Shown in pieces: positions 29,611 through 38,357 of a stretch of DNA of 61,247 nucleotides. A program made the translations under genes and the position numbers. How positions within the stretch are numbered: position 1 is the stretch's first letter; every line of letters starts with the position of its first letter. The notes beneath the pieces were generated by a model, which saw only the letters and a program-made list of their open reading frames with translations, did no database searches and was not told the origin of the DNA. Source of the stretch: Candidatus Sumerlaeota bacterium (GTDB lineage: Bacteria; Sumerlaeota; Sumerlaeia; SLMS01); the NCBI GenBank assembly GCA_007133495.1, contig SLMS01000002.1, positions 1-61,247 of the forward strand, read 5' to 3'.

Positions 29611-30747
29611 CTATTCGCCCACGCGGACGCCGATCGGCTGGCTGTCTATCCAGTGGCCGTGCAGCAGGACGCGTGAGGCGCTCAGCCCCATGCTCCCAGC
29701 CTCATTGGACGTGAGGGTTACCTCGTACACCACACGCTCCGGGGACGAATGGGCCCTGACGGGGTTGGGGTGCACTTCGAGCTGGCTGTGGACGTCGAAG
29801 GCGGGGAAGATAATGTCGTCCAGCGTCACCGCGTCCACGTCCTCTCCGCGGATTGTCAGCTCGTAGGTGAAGGGCTCGCCGGCGGTCACCGTGTCCTCCT
29901 TCACACGGGCGGTGGCGTGGACAACCTCGTCCACCTCCTCGGGGGCGGGCAGGGCGATGGGCTCGACGCCGTACTCGCGGATGCGTTCGCGGACGCGCTC
30001 TCCGAATTCATCCCAGTCGAAATGTGCTCCCGGGTCGCTCTTGTTCCAGGGCTGGACCTGGAAATGGCCGACGAGGCCCGGGCCGGTGAAGCGCTCGTTG
30101 TCCTCGTCCAGCACGACGCGGAAGGGGCTCTCGTAGGCAGTGCCCTCCGGATGATAGGCGGGGATTTCCCACTTTACGCACAGGTAGGCGGTGAGGTCCA
30201 CGAGCGCGTCCATCATCTCGGGCGTCCACGTTTCCGGCCGGCGCCCCCATCCAGCGCACTCGATGCCGATGCTCCGTCCGTTGTAATACGTCTGGGTGTG
30301 GGCCACGTCGGTGTCGTTCACCATGTGGGCGATTTCGCCGTTCGGGCCGATCACGTAATGGGCGCTGACGTTGCGCGTGTTGTTCTGAAAGTAGCGCACG
30401 ACGTTGCGGAAGTTGCGCGCCTGGTTGACCTCGTGGGGCAGGTCCGAATCGTAGCGCCCTTCGGTGGTGTGAATTACGACGGCGGTGACGTGTTCCGGTT
30501 CGCGGTTGCCTTTGCGGTAATGCTGTGCGGGCGCCCAGACCATGGAGGGAGCGGGAGGCGAGGGTGGGTCCCAGGTGAGTTCAGGGTCCGCCACTTCCGC
30601 GCGCGCGGGGGAGGAGAGGATCGAGACAGCTCTGGTCTCTGTCATCATTCGTTCCGCCACTTCGGCGTGCACGCGGGTGGAGGGGCCTCCAAGCAGAATG
30701 GCTCCACAAAGAAGCGCGGGAGCGAGGGAGAGGGCTTTGTTGATCAC
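29611..30747 (-). CDS. secreted N-acetylmuramoyl-L-alanine amidase (Amidase_2/PGRP-type) with C-terminal beta domain
   Basis: Signal peptide, then VVIHTTEG...VSAHYVIGPNGEIAHMV...AHTQTYYNGRSIGIECAGWG, which is typical of Amidase_2. Confidence 0.8.
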   Translation of the reverse strand: MINKALSLAPALLCGAILLGGPSTRVHAEVAERMMTETRAVSILSSPARAEVADPELTWDPPSPPAPSMVWAPAQHYRKGNREPEHVTAVVIHTTEGRYDSDLPHEVNQARNFRNVVRYFQNNTRNVSAHYVIGPNGEIAHMVNDTDVAHTQTYYNGRSIGIECAGWGRRPETWTPEMMDALVDLTAYLCVKWEIPAYHPEGTAYESPFRVVLDEDNERFTGPGLVGHFQVQPWNKSDPGAHFDWDEFGERVRERIREYGVEPIALPAPEEVDEVVHATARVKEDTVTAGEPFTYELTIRGEDVDAVTLDDIIFPAFDVHSQLEVHPNPVRAHSSPERVVYEVTLTSNEAGSMGLSASRVLLHGHWIDSQPIGVRVGE

Positions 30748-30931
30748 GGTAGTGCCTTTCCGGGCCGGGCGGACCGGTAAAATCGAGGATGACTATTGGC
30801 CAGAGTCTCCGATCCAGCCGGGCAGGCAACGGAAAACTGGGGTGCCGCAAGTGTGGGGGGCTCGATTTGCTTGACTCCGAATTTATGCACGGTCCTGCTG
30901 GACACAAGGCCGCCGAAGGAGGGGCTCCAGG

Positions 30932-31858
30932 ATGCACTACAAAGAAATTGCAGGCATTGCCGTTATGGCTGCGCTTCCCGTTTTGGCTCCCGGGCAGGTG
31001 CAGCTTGATCTTCCCGAGCGGCCCGCAGACGCGCCCGAGGGCAGTGAGTTCTTCGAGGAAATCCGCGAACTGTCCCGTGAGGAGCGGGAGCAGCGCGTCC
31101 TTAATGAAATTGCACGGGGAAACGTGCCGGAATTTCTCCGCGAACTCGTGCCGGTCACGGTGGAGGGCGAAATCTCCGGGGAAACGGAGAGCATGACAAT
31201 TCACGTAACGCCAGATTACATGGCCATTGGCTCGGACGAGGACTTCTTCCGCATGCCGATGAGCGCTCCGTTGGCGCAGCAGGTGGCGGACCTGCTGGAC
31301 TCCAGCCTGCCCACCAGGAAAATAGTGAATGATATACACGAGCAGGCGGACATGCAGTTCTCACCGCAGCCTTTCAGCCCCGAAGATTACGAGATAGACA
31401 CTGTGGAGGTGTTCCGGCTTTCGCACCAGGCCATCGAAGCTCAGCGCGGAGAGCGGCCTCTAGGTGAACTCGTCTCCGGTATCAAGAAGGACATCGTTGT
31501 GACTGCCGAGTTGCCCAACAGGCCTCCGCCACGCCGCGTGGCGATCTACGGCTGGCACTGGCCTGCCGGCGAACCGATCCAGCCCCTGTCGCTGGTTCAC
31601 CATGAGTACTACATGGACTACAGCCACGGGGTGCGGCTTGTGTGGAATAGTATAGACGTTGAAGGCGGGAAGATGACGATGCGGGAAATCCTGGCCGATC
31701 CGGTGCTGCACCCGTTGCTGAGCGACGAAGGCCCCTTCGATTCGTCCGTCTATCCGGTCGAGGAGCCGTATCTTCTGGACACGGCCGGCGAACCGGGAGG
31801 TGTGGAGGAGGGCGAAGGGCCGGAGCGGCAGGGTCAGGCTCGGCACTCCGTGCATTGA
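30932..31858 (+). CDS. secreted hypothetical protein
   Basis: Signal peptide (IAVMAALPVLAPGQ) with gaaggagg upstream. I recognise no family. Confidence 0.6.
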   Translation: MHYKEIAGIAVMAALPVLAPGQVQLDLPERPADAPEGSEFFEEIRELSREEREQRVLNEIARGNVPEFLRELVPVTVEGEISGETESMTIHVTPDYMAIGSDEDFFRMPMSAPLAQQVADLLDSSLPTRKIVNDIHEQADMQFSPQPFSPEDYEIDTVEVFRLSHQAIEAQRGERPLGELVSGIKKDIVVTAELPNRPPPRRVAIYGWHWPAGEPIQPLSLVHHEYYMDYSHGVRLVWNSIDVEGGKMTMREILADPVLHPLLSDEGPFDSSVYPVEEPYLLDTAGEPGGVEEGEGPERQGQARHSVH

Positions 31859-31865
31859 ACAAGAA

Positions 31866-31908
31866 CCGGGAGGAGGCACCAAACCCCCTCCCGGCCGGCT
31901 CGCTTTTT
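31866..31908. terminator. hairpin plus T-run between convergent genes
   Basis: ccgggagg (31866-73) pairs with cctcccgg (31887-94), followed by gcttttttg. Confidence 0.55.
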
Positions 31909-31917
31909 TGCGTTGTT

Positions 31918-32370
31918 TTACAGCGCCGCGGTGATGGTTTCCTTCATCTGCTCGGCGTCCATGTCGGGTGTGATGGTACCGACAACCTCCTTGTCCTCGG
32001 TGCTCACCAGGTAGAAGGTGCCGGTTTTTCCGCCGTTCTCTTCCCATAGTTCCTCGAGGCCGGTGACGTTGGCGTGCATTTCCGCCTGATTGGCGGCGCC
32101 GCGGTCGGTCATGTCGAGGACGAGGAACAGGACCGGTTCTTCGGCCAGTTCGCCTTTTGCCTCCTCAAAGGCCGGTTTCATGACTTGGCAGGTGCCGCAC
32201 CAATCGGCGTAGAATTTGACCGCCAGAACGGAAGGCTTCTTTTTGTCCGCCCTTTCGGCTTCCTCTTTTGGGGCGCTGGCGAGCGCCGGGACGGCAAGAC
32301 TTGCTCCCGCAGCAAGGAGCAGGGCGGCGGGGATGGTGGCGTACCATGGGGTGCAGGCATTTGCTCTCAT
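31918..32370 (-). CDS. secreted thioredoxin
   Basis: The start is at MRANACTPW (32370), behind gaaggag. Signal peptide, then KFYADWCGTCQ (WCxxC). The listed ORF extends to 32523. Confidence 0.8.
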   Translation of the reverse strand: MRANACTPWYATIPAALLLAAGASLAVPALASAPKEEAERADKKKPSVLAVKFYADWCGTCQVMKPAFEEAKGELAEEPVLFLVLDMTDRGAANQAEMHANVTGLEELWEENGGKTGTFYLVSTEDKEVVGTITPDMDAEQMKETITAAL

Positions 32371-32428
32371 GGGGATTCTCCTTCGATGGGGGTTGAGCCG
32401 TCCGGAATGGACGGTTTGAGCCTGTCTT

Positions 32429-33154
32429 TCAGATTTCGGCCAGCCGGCCGAAAAGACCTGCCTGCTGAACGGAGGAAACAAGGATATATTCGAACCCGTC
32501 TTCCTGCCAGCAAACGGCTGCATATCCTCCTTGTTCGGAAATATAGGGCTGTTGGCGTGTTGGCATGCCTGGGGGCTCCGCCATTGGCGGGTGAATAAAT
32601 AGAGAGGCGTACTGCCCGTCAGCCATCAAGCGGAAGACTGCTACTTTCTCGCCATCGATGGAGCACAGCCGGGCCGATTTCCAGTCTGCCCACGGCCAGG
32701 ACGGCAGCCGGGGCTCGAACCCGAGCTGTTCTGCACACCATTGCTCCAGTGCCGAGGGGTCGCCAGACTCGAAGCTCTCCTGCTCCTGAAGTGAGGCAAT
32801 TTCGAAGTAACCGCCGAAATCCCTGCCGGAGGCATCAGCCGGGGCGTTCACCAGCAAGGAGTAGAGCGCGGCGAGAAGCACCATCGCCGCCGCGGCTATA
32901 AGGACTGACGCAAAGCGCTGCCTTCCCCGTCCGGGTTTTTCCAGTTCTGCCAGGATGGCTTCCCTGCTTTCTGCGACGGCGGGAGTGCGGAGCGTGCGCA
33001 GCCGCATACCGAGCGTTTTATGCGCGGCAAGTGCCTGGCGGCAGGCGGGACACTCTTCCAAGTGTTTTTCGAGAGCCGCGGCCGGTTTCCCCCCGTGATC
33101 GTGAAGGGCCGAAAGCTGCTCTTCCCACTCCGGGCAGGGTGGTCTGGCTGTCAT
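32429..33154 (-). CDS. anti-sigma factor (zf-HC2 type) with one TM and a periplasmic domain
   Basis: N-terminal HLEECPACRQAL zinc motif, a single TM (VLIAAAAMVLLAALYSLLV), and a 4-nt overlap with the ECF sigma gene. Confidence 0.8.
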   Translation of the reverse strand: MTARPPCPEWEEQLSALHDHGGKPAAALEKHLEECPACRQALAAHKTLGMRLRTLRTPAVAESREAILAELEKPGRGRQRFASVLIAAAAMVLLAALYSLLVNAPADASGRDFGGYFEIASLQEQESFESGDPSALEQWCAEQLGFEPRLPSWPWADWKSARLCSIDGEKVAVFRLMADGQYASLFIHPPMAEPPGMPTRQQPYISEQGGYAAVCWQEDGFEYILVSSVQQAGLFGRLAEI

Positions 33155-33729
33155 GACGTTTCCCTCCTTGGTGGGTCGGCGGAGTCTTTGTTGCTTTCGC
33201 CGAGATACCCCCGTTTGCGGGCGTATTCCTCAAGCCGGGCGGCGGCGAAACTGCGCGCGCGGGCCAGCCGGGACCGGACGGTGCCGGGGGGAATCCCGAG
33301 AGCTTCTGCGATTTCCGCGTAGCTGAATCCTTCCACCTCTCTCAGCAGCAGTGCTGTCCTGTATTCGGTTCCCATCTCTTCCAGGGCTGCTTCCACTTCC
33401 TCATCCAGCGAGTTTGCCACAATATCCGGCAGGTCCACTTTGACTGGACCGGCGGGGATGTACTCTTCGCCGAGGTTGGGAAGTGAAACAATCTGGGGTG
33501 CGCTGGAGGCGCGCCGGCCGCGGTCCTTGGCAAGATTGTAGAGCGAGGCGAAGATGTAACCACGCGGATTGGGGTGCTTTGCCAGTGCCTGGCGCTTGCG
33601 GAGGAGGCGGAAACAGGTCTCCTGGACAAGCTCCTCCGCATCCTCGTGGTTGTTGGCCAGCCGGTACGCTGTCCGCAGCAGCGCGTCGAGTTGTCCGGCC
33701 AGAATGTCCTGTGGGGTGGAACGGGGCAT
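33151..33729 (-). CDS. ECF-type RNA polymerase sigma factor
   Basis: Region 2 (EDAEELVQETCFRLL, YIFASLYNLAKD) and region 4 (FSYAEIAEALGIPPGTVRSRLARAR). Confidence 0.9.
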   Translation of the reverse strand: MPRSTPQDILAGQLDALLRTAYRLANNHEDAEELVQETCFRLLRKRQALAKHPNPRGYIFASLYNLAKDRGRRASSAPQIVSLPNLGEEYIPAGPVKVDLPDIVANSLDEEVEAALEEMGTEYRTALLLREVEGFSYAEIAEALGIPPGTVRSRLARARSFAAARLEEYARKRGYLGESNKDSADPPRRETS

Positions 33730-33838
33730 TGGGACTCACTCGCAGAACTCTCCCGCACCTTTAAATACGCAGGCGCGGGGGAAAAAGTTCCCGAAGAGCA
33801 ATAAAAGTCAGACACTCCGGCCGGGTGGCGGCCGGCGG

Positions 33839-36454
33839 TCACTTCCGGTTTTCGACTTCGAGCTTTGCACGCCTGAGCAGGATCGAGTTGCCAACCACGG
33901 AGAGCGAGCTGGTGACCATCGCGATGACGCCGATCATGGGGTGGAGCAGCCCGATTGCGGCGATGGGGATGGCGGCGGCGTTGTAAAACCAGGCCCAGAA
34001 CAGGTTCTCCACGATTTTGCGGAAGGTGGCACGGGAGAGGCGCACCGCCTCGACCACCTTTGTCAACTCGCCGCTGACAAGCGTGACGCCGGCGGCTTCG
34101 ATGGCGACGTCGGCCCCGGCGCCGATGGCGATGCCCACGTCGGCCTGCTTGAGCGCCGGGGCGTCGTTGATGCCATCTCCCACCATGGCCACGTGGCCGG
34201 GATGCTCCTTCTGAAGGCGGCGAACCTCCTCGACCTTTCCTTCCGGCAGCACGCCCGCCAACACGTCGTCTATACCTGCCTCGGCGGCCACGTGGCGCGC
34301 CGTGCGCTCGTTGTCTCCGGTGATCATCACCGTGCGGATGCCCATGTGGTGGAGGGCGGCGATGGCGCCCTTCGAGTCGGGCTTGATGGTATCGGCGACG
34401 GCGACGATGCCCGCGGAGCGGTCCCCGATGGCGATCAACATGGCGGTTTTGCCCTCGTTTTCGAGCCGCATGAGGTCCTCGTCCAGGGCAGCCACGTCTA
34501 TATCGTTCTCGTCCATGAATCGCCGGCTGCCCACTCGGACGGGTTTGCCGCTCACGGTGCCCTGAACGCCGCGGGCGGTCACCGCCTTGAAATCCTCGAC
34601 GGTGGGTATATCCAGACCGCGCTCGCGCGCACCCTCCACGATTGCCTGCCCGAGGGGATGTTCGGAACCGGTCTCCACGCAGGCCGCAGCCGTCAGGACT
34701 TCATCTTCGGAAAATCCCTCCGCCGGGACGACGGCGGCAAGCGCCGGTTCCCCCTTGGTGATCGTCCCGGTTTTGTCCAGGACGACGACTTTAACGTCCT
34801 TGAGCGTTTGAACCGCCTCGCCCGAGCGGAAGAGCACGCCGCGTTCGGCACCCATACCGGAACCAACCATTAGCGCGGTCGGCGTCGCCAGCCCCAATGC
34901 GCACGGGCAAGCGATGACGAGTACAGCAATGGCGGCCAGTAGGGCGAGAATAATAGGCGCTGCAGTAGGGTCAACCCACGGCAGGAAACCCGCTCCCCAT
35001 TCAAGTATCGGACGGAGTTGATCAGGAAACATGAACCATGCGGCGAAACTGGCCAGTGCAATGACGATTACGGCAGGAACGAATTTCGCCGTCATCCGGT
35101 CCGCAAATTCCTGTATCGGAACGCGCGAGCCCTGGGCCTGCTCCACGAGCCGGATGACCTGCGCGAGGAACGTGTCCGCACCAACGCGCGTGGCACGCAC
35201 TTTGAGCATGCCTTCCTTGTTGATGGTGGCTCCTATTACCGATGCGCCGGGCCCCTTTTCCACCGGGACGGACTCGCCCGTTGCGATGGATTCGTCCACA
35301 TGGCTGTTACCTTCCACGATTTCGCCATCGGTGGGGATTTTTGCTCCTGGGCGGACTATCATAACGTCCCCGGCGACGACGTCAGCCACGGGGATTTCCG
35401 TCTCCTCACCGTCGCGCAGGACGGTGGCGGTCTTGGCGCCGAGGGTCAGCAGTTTGCTGATCGCCTGGGAGGCGCGCCCCTTCGCCCGCGTTTCCAGATA
35501 GCGGCCCAGCAGGTGGAACGTCATGATGGTGGCTGCCATTTCGATAAAAGACGTCATCGGATAGACGAAACCAACCAGCCCGATCAGGTAGGGCGGCAGG
35601 CTGCCCATCGAAATCAGGACATCCATGTTGGCGGTCCGGTTGCGGAGAGATCTGAAGGCGGACCGGTGCGTCGCCCAACCGCCATACAGAAAGACAACAG
35701 GAAATCCCAGAATCGCGATGATTGCCAGATATCCCGGAAGAGGGAACCAGAACATGTGGACGCCCATCAGAATCATGATGACCGTGGTGGGGATGGCGGC
35801 TATCCAGACACGGCGAATTGCCTGCGCCAGATAGCGCTCCTCGATGTCCTCCTGGCCGGCACCTGCGCTGCCGGTACCCAGCTCCGACGCCTCCGCAACG
35901 TCATAGCCCGCCTTCTCCACTGTCCTTCGGAGGGTGTCTATATCGGAGAGGGAAGGGTCGAAGGTGATATCGGCACGGTGGGCCGAAATGTTGGTGTCCA
36001 CCCTGGTTACCGCCTCCAACCGGCGGAGCGATGTTTTCACAATCCCGGCGCAGTGATCGCTTCCCATGCCGGGGACGATCAGTCTGGCCTGGCGGGACCC
36101 GGCGGCATGGCCGGCATGGTCTACAGTGGAGGTCTCTTCCTCCTCCGCTCCGGTTGGCTCGGCTTCGTCCCGTCCGTCCGTGACGTTGTAACCGGCCTTC
36201 TCCACCGCCGAGCGCATGGCTTGTTCATCGGTTTGGGAAGGATCAAACGTGACGTGGGCACGGCGTGAGGGAATGTCCGTCTTTACATCGGAAACACCCT
36301 CAATCTCCCTGAGCGATTTCGAGACAATCCCGGCGCAATGATCGCTTCCCATTCCAGGAATGTGGAGTGCCGTGTGGTCTCCATGGCTGTTGTGCCCCTC
36401 TTCATGGCATGACTCCGAATGGCCTGCGTGGTGGTCATGGTGCGGGTCCTTCAT
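33839..36454 (-). CDS. copA: Cu(I)/Ag(I)-type P1B ATPase
   Basis: His-rich N-terminus and two HMA-like domains. TM CPC (ACPCALGLATP), DKTGT, GDGINDAP, and YN plus MxxSS signatures of Cu+ pumps. A strong SD (aaaggagg) precedes the ATG. Confidence 0.9.
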   Translation of the reverse strand: MKDPHHDHHAGHSESCHEEGHNSHGDHTALHIPGMGSDHCAGIVSKSLREIEGVSDVKTDIPSRRAHVTFDPSQTDEQAMRSAVEKAGYNVTDGRDEAEPTGAEEEETSTVDHAGHAAGSRQARLIVPGMGSDHCAGIVKTSLRRLEAVTRVDTNISAHRADITFDPSLSDIDTLRRTVEKAGYDVAEASELGTGSAGAGQEDIEERYLAQAIRRVWIAAIPTTVIMILMGVHMFWFPLPGYLAIIAILGFPVVFLYGGWATHRSAFRSLRNRTANMDVLISMGSLPPYLIGLVGFVYPMTSFIEMAATIMTFHLLGRYLETRAKGRASQAISKLLTLGAKTATVLRDGEETEIPVADVVAGDVMIVRPGAKIPTDGEIVEGNSHVDESIATGESVPVEKGPGASVIGATINKEGMLKVRATRVGADTFLAQVIRLVEQAQGSRVPIQEFADRMTAKFVPAVIVIALASFAAWFMFPDQLRPILEWGAGFLPWVDPTAAPIILALLAAIAVLVIACPCALGLATPTALMVGSGMGAERGVLFRSGEAVQTLKDVKVVVLDKTGTITKGEPALAAVVPAEGFSEDEVLTAAACVETGSEHPLGQAIVEGARERGLDIPTVEDFKAVTARGVQGTVSGKPVRVGSRRFMDENDIDVAALDEDLMRLENEGKTAMLIAIGDRSAGIVAVADTIKPDSKGAIAALHHMGIRTVMITGDNERTARHVAAEAGIDDVLAGVLPEGKVEEVRRLQKEHPGHVAMVGDGINDAPALKQADVGIAIGAGADVAIEAAGVTLVSGELTKVVEAVRLSRATFRKIVENLFWAWFYNAAAIPIAAIGLLHPMIGVIAMVTSSLSVVGNSILLRRAKLEVENRK

Positions 36455-36484
36455 GGAAGCGTCCTCCTTTGTGGAGACGTCTGT

Positions 36485-37381
36485 CTAGCCAGGCAGGGTG
36501 AAGTGACCGGGGCCGAATATGAGAACTGCCCCAAGATGGCCAGTGATTCCAGTTGCGATAACCGCGGCGAGCAGAATGCCGCGGTACGTCCAGGCAAGGC
36601 GTTCATTGCCGGAGCGGCGAATGCGAATTTCCCCGGTGATGGCGGCCGCTATGAGGAGGACCGTCGCCGCAATTCCGAGCCAGCGATGCCACTCGAGCGT
36701 CAGTTCAAGCGCTGGGTAGCTTGCGTAGGCGGCGGCTGCCCATCCCAAGGGTGCGGCAAGAAGCGCGGATATGGCCGCCAGATGCAGGGAAAATCTTCCC
36801 GCCGCCAGGAAGTACTCGGGCCGGAAGCGCAGGGAGAGTGCTTCCGCCAGCAGGGCCGCGAACGCCAGCGCGATGGGGAAGTGGACCACCACGGGGTGGA
36901 ATTTTCCTGCAAAGGCTATCCACCGGCCGGCCGCTGTCTCCGGCTCGTGATGAACGTGTCCGTCGTGGGCGCCGTGTGCGTGATCGTGCTCATGTTCAGT
37001 ATCGTGATCGTGCTCATGTTCGGTATCGTGCTCGTGATTGTGTTCGTGCTCGCCCGGTTCATCTGCAACAGGGTCGTCAAAGTAACCCGCAGGAAGGAAC
37101 TCGACGTATTGCTCCGGGTTTTCGAGAAAAGTCCGCAGGCACCTTCGGCAGCAGAGATAGACAGTTTGGCCGCGGTACTCGGTGGAAATCTGCGGGTCGA
37201 TGGGCTCGTCGGTCATGACCGGGCACATTTCGTTTTGTGGACTGACCGGAGCCTCGTTTTCGGAGGCCCCGGCCAGGGTGGGGAAGAGGAGGACTGCGCC
37301 GAGGCAGAGTGCGAGGAAGCTGCCTCGTGGCCGGGAGGTTGGACGGTGGGGGAGTGAGTGCATTGCTGGCATTCCTTCCAA
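36485..37381 (-). CDS. YHS-like metal-binding domain / His-rich linker / DUF2231-like membrane domain protein
   Basis: Signal/anchor, then MCPVMTDEP...VYLCCRRCLRTFLENPEQY. The linker is EHEHNHEHDTEHEHDHDTEHEHDHAHGAHDGHVHHE. About 4 TM helices follow (PVVVHFPIALAF...). Confidence 0.7.
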   Translation of the reverse strand: MEGMPAMHSLPHRPTSRPRGSFLALCLGAVLLFPTLAGASENEAPVSPQNEMCPVMTDEPIDPQISTEYRGQTVYLCCRRCLRTFLENPEQYVEFLPAGYFDDPVADEPGEHEHNHEHDTEHEHDHDTEHEHDHAHGAHDGHVHHEPETAAGRWIAFAGKFHPVVVHFPIALAFAALLAEALSLRFRPEYFLAAGRFSLHLAAISALLAAPLGWAAAAYASYPALELTLEWHRWLGIAATVLLIAAAITGEIRIRRSGNERLAWTYRGILLAAVIATGITGHLGAVLIFGPGHFTLPG

Positions 37382-37455
37382 TTTTGTGCCGGCGGTGGAG
37401 CCGGGAGGTGACGGTGTAATTTCTCCCGGCTCCGGGAGGCATATACGCCGGATGA

Positions 37456-38280
37456 TCAGTGATGCTCGCTGTGGTCGTCGCCGGTAGTCTCGGCCGTGGT
37501 GGTGGCATGCTCACGTGCCTCTTCGATCTTCTCCATGTGAGCGACGGGGTCCGCGTTGAAGCGGCCTACGCAGCCCGCGCAGCAGAAGCGGACGAGTTGA
37601 TTGGCATGCACGATGTCGTACGGTCCGCCCATGGCATCGAGGTCCATTCCGGCGACCACGCACGTGTCGAGCGGATAGTCTTCCTTCTGCGCCTCGATTA
37701 CTTTTTCATCCAGCGCTTCGATGAACATGACGGGGCGTTCGGTGGCGTGGGTGTCGCATCCGGGGCAGCAGAAGATGAAGAGCCGGTTGCCGATGACGCG
37801 GCGAATGTCTATCTCGGCATCGCCGGTGAGTTCCTCGGCAGGATCGGCGATGCAGTGGGTAAGCGGATAGAACTTGAGCTGGGACTCGACGATCTTCTCG
37901 TCGGCCTTTTCGAGATACTCATCCGGGTTGGCCTCGAAGCGCGGGATGCATCCGGCGCAGCAGAAGCGCACCTCCCGGCCTTCATGCAACTTGACGATGG
38001 GCTCGCCCATGGAGCCAAGTTCCTGTCCGCTCACGACGCATGTATCGAGAGGCCAGGCGTCGCCAATGCGGGTCTCGCCATCGTGTTCTTCGGGAGGGGT
38101 GCCTTCTCCGACCATCTCGCCGTGGGCGTGGTCGTGTGCATGGTCGTGCGCATGATCGTGTTCGTGTGCATGTTCATGGTTGTGATCGTGATGGCCGTGG
38201 TCATGGTCTTCCTGCGCGGCCACAGGCATGTAGAAGAGTGCGAGCGCGAGTGCGCCGGCGATTGCGATGAGGTTCCTCAT
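37456..38280 (-). CDS. secreted His-rich protein with three YHS/TRASH-like C..CCxxC modules
   Basis: The start is at MRNLIAIAG (38280), behind aaggag. Signal peptide, then the HDHGHHDHNHEHAHEHDHAHDHAHDHAHGE tract. The three modules end in RFCCAGC, IFCCPGC and RFCCAGC. Confidence 0.75.
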   Translation of the reverse strand: MRNLIAIAGALALALFYMPVAAQEDHDHGHHDHNHEHAHEHDHAHDHAHDHAHGEMVGEGTPPEEHDGETRIGDAWPLDTCVVSGQELGSMGEPIVKLHEGREVRFCCAGCIPRFEANPDEYLEKADEKIVESQLKFYPLTHCIADPAEELTGDAEIDIRRVIGNRLFIFCCPGCDTHATERPVMFIEALDEKVIEAQKEDYPLDTCVVAGMDLDAMGGPYDIVHANQLVRFCCAGCVGRFNADPVAHMEKIEEAREHATTTAETTGDDHSEHH

Positions 38281-38357
38281 GTTGATGCTCCTTGGGTTTG
38301 AATGCCCGCCCCTGTGGGGTTGGGGGTTTCTGCCTTGGTCGAGGGTTCCGCCGGGGG

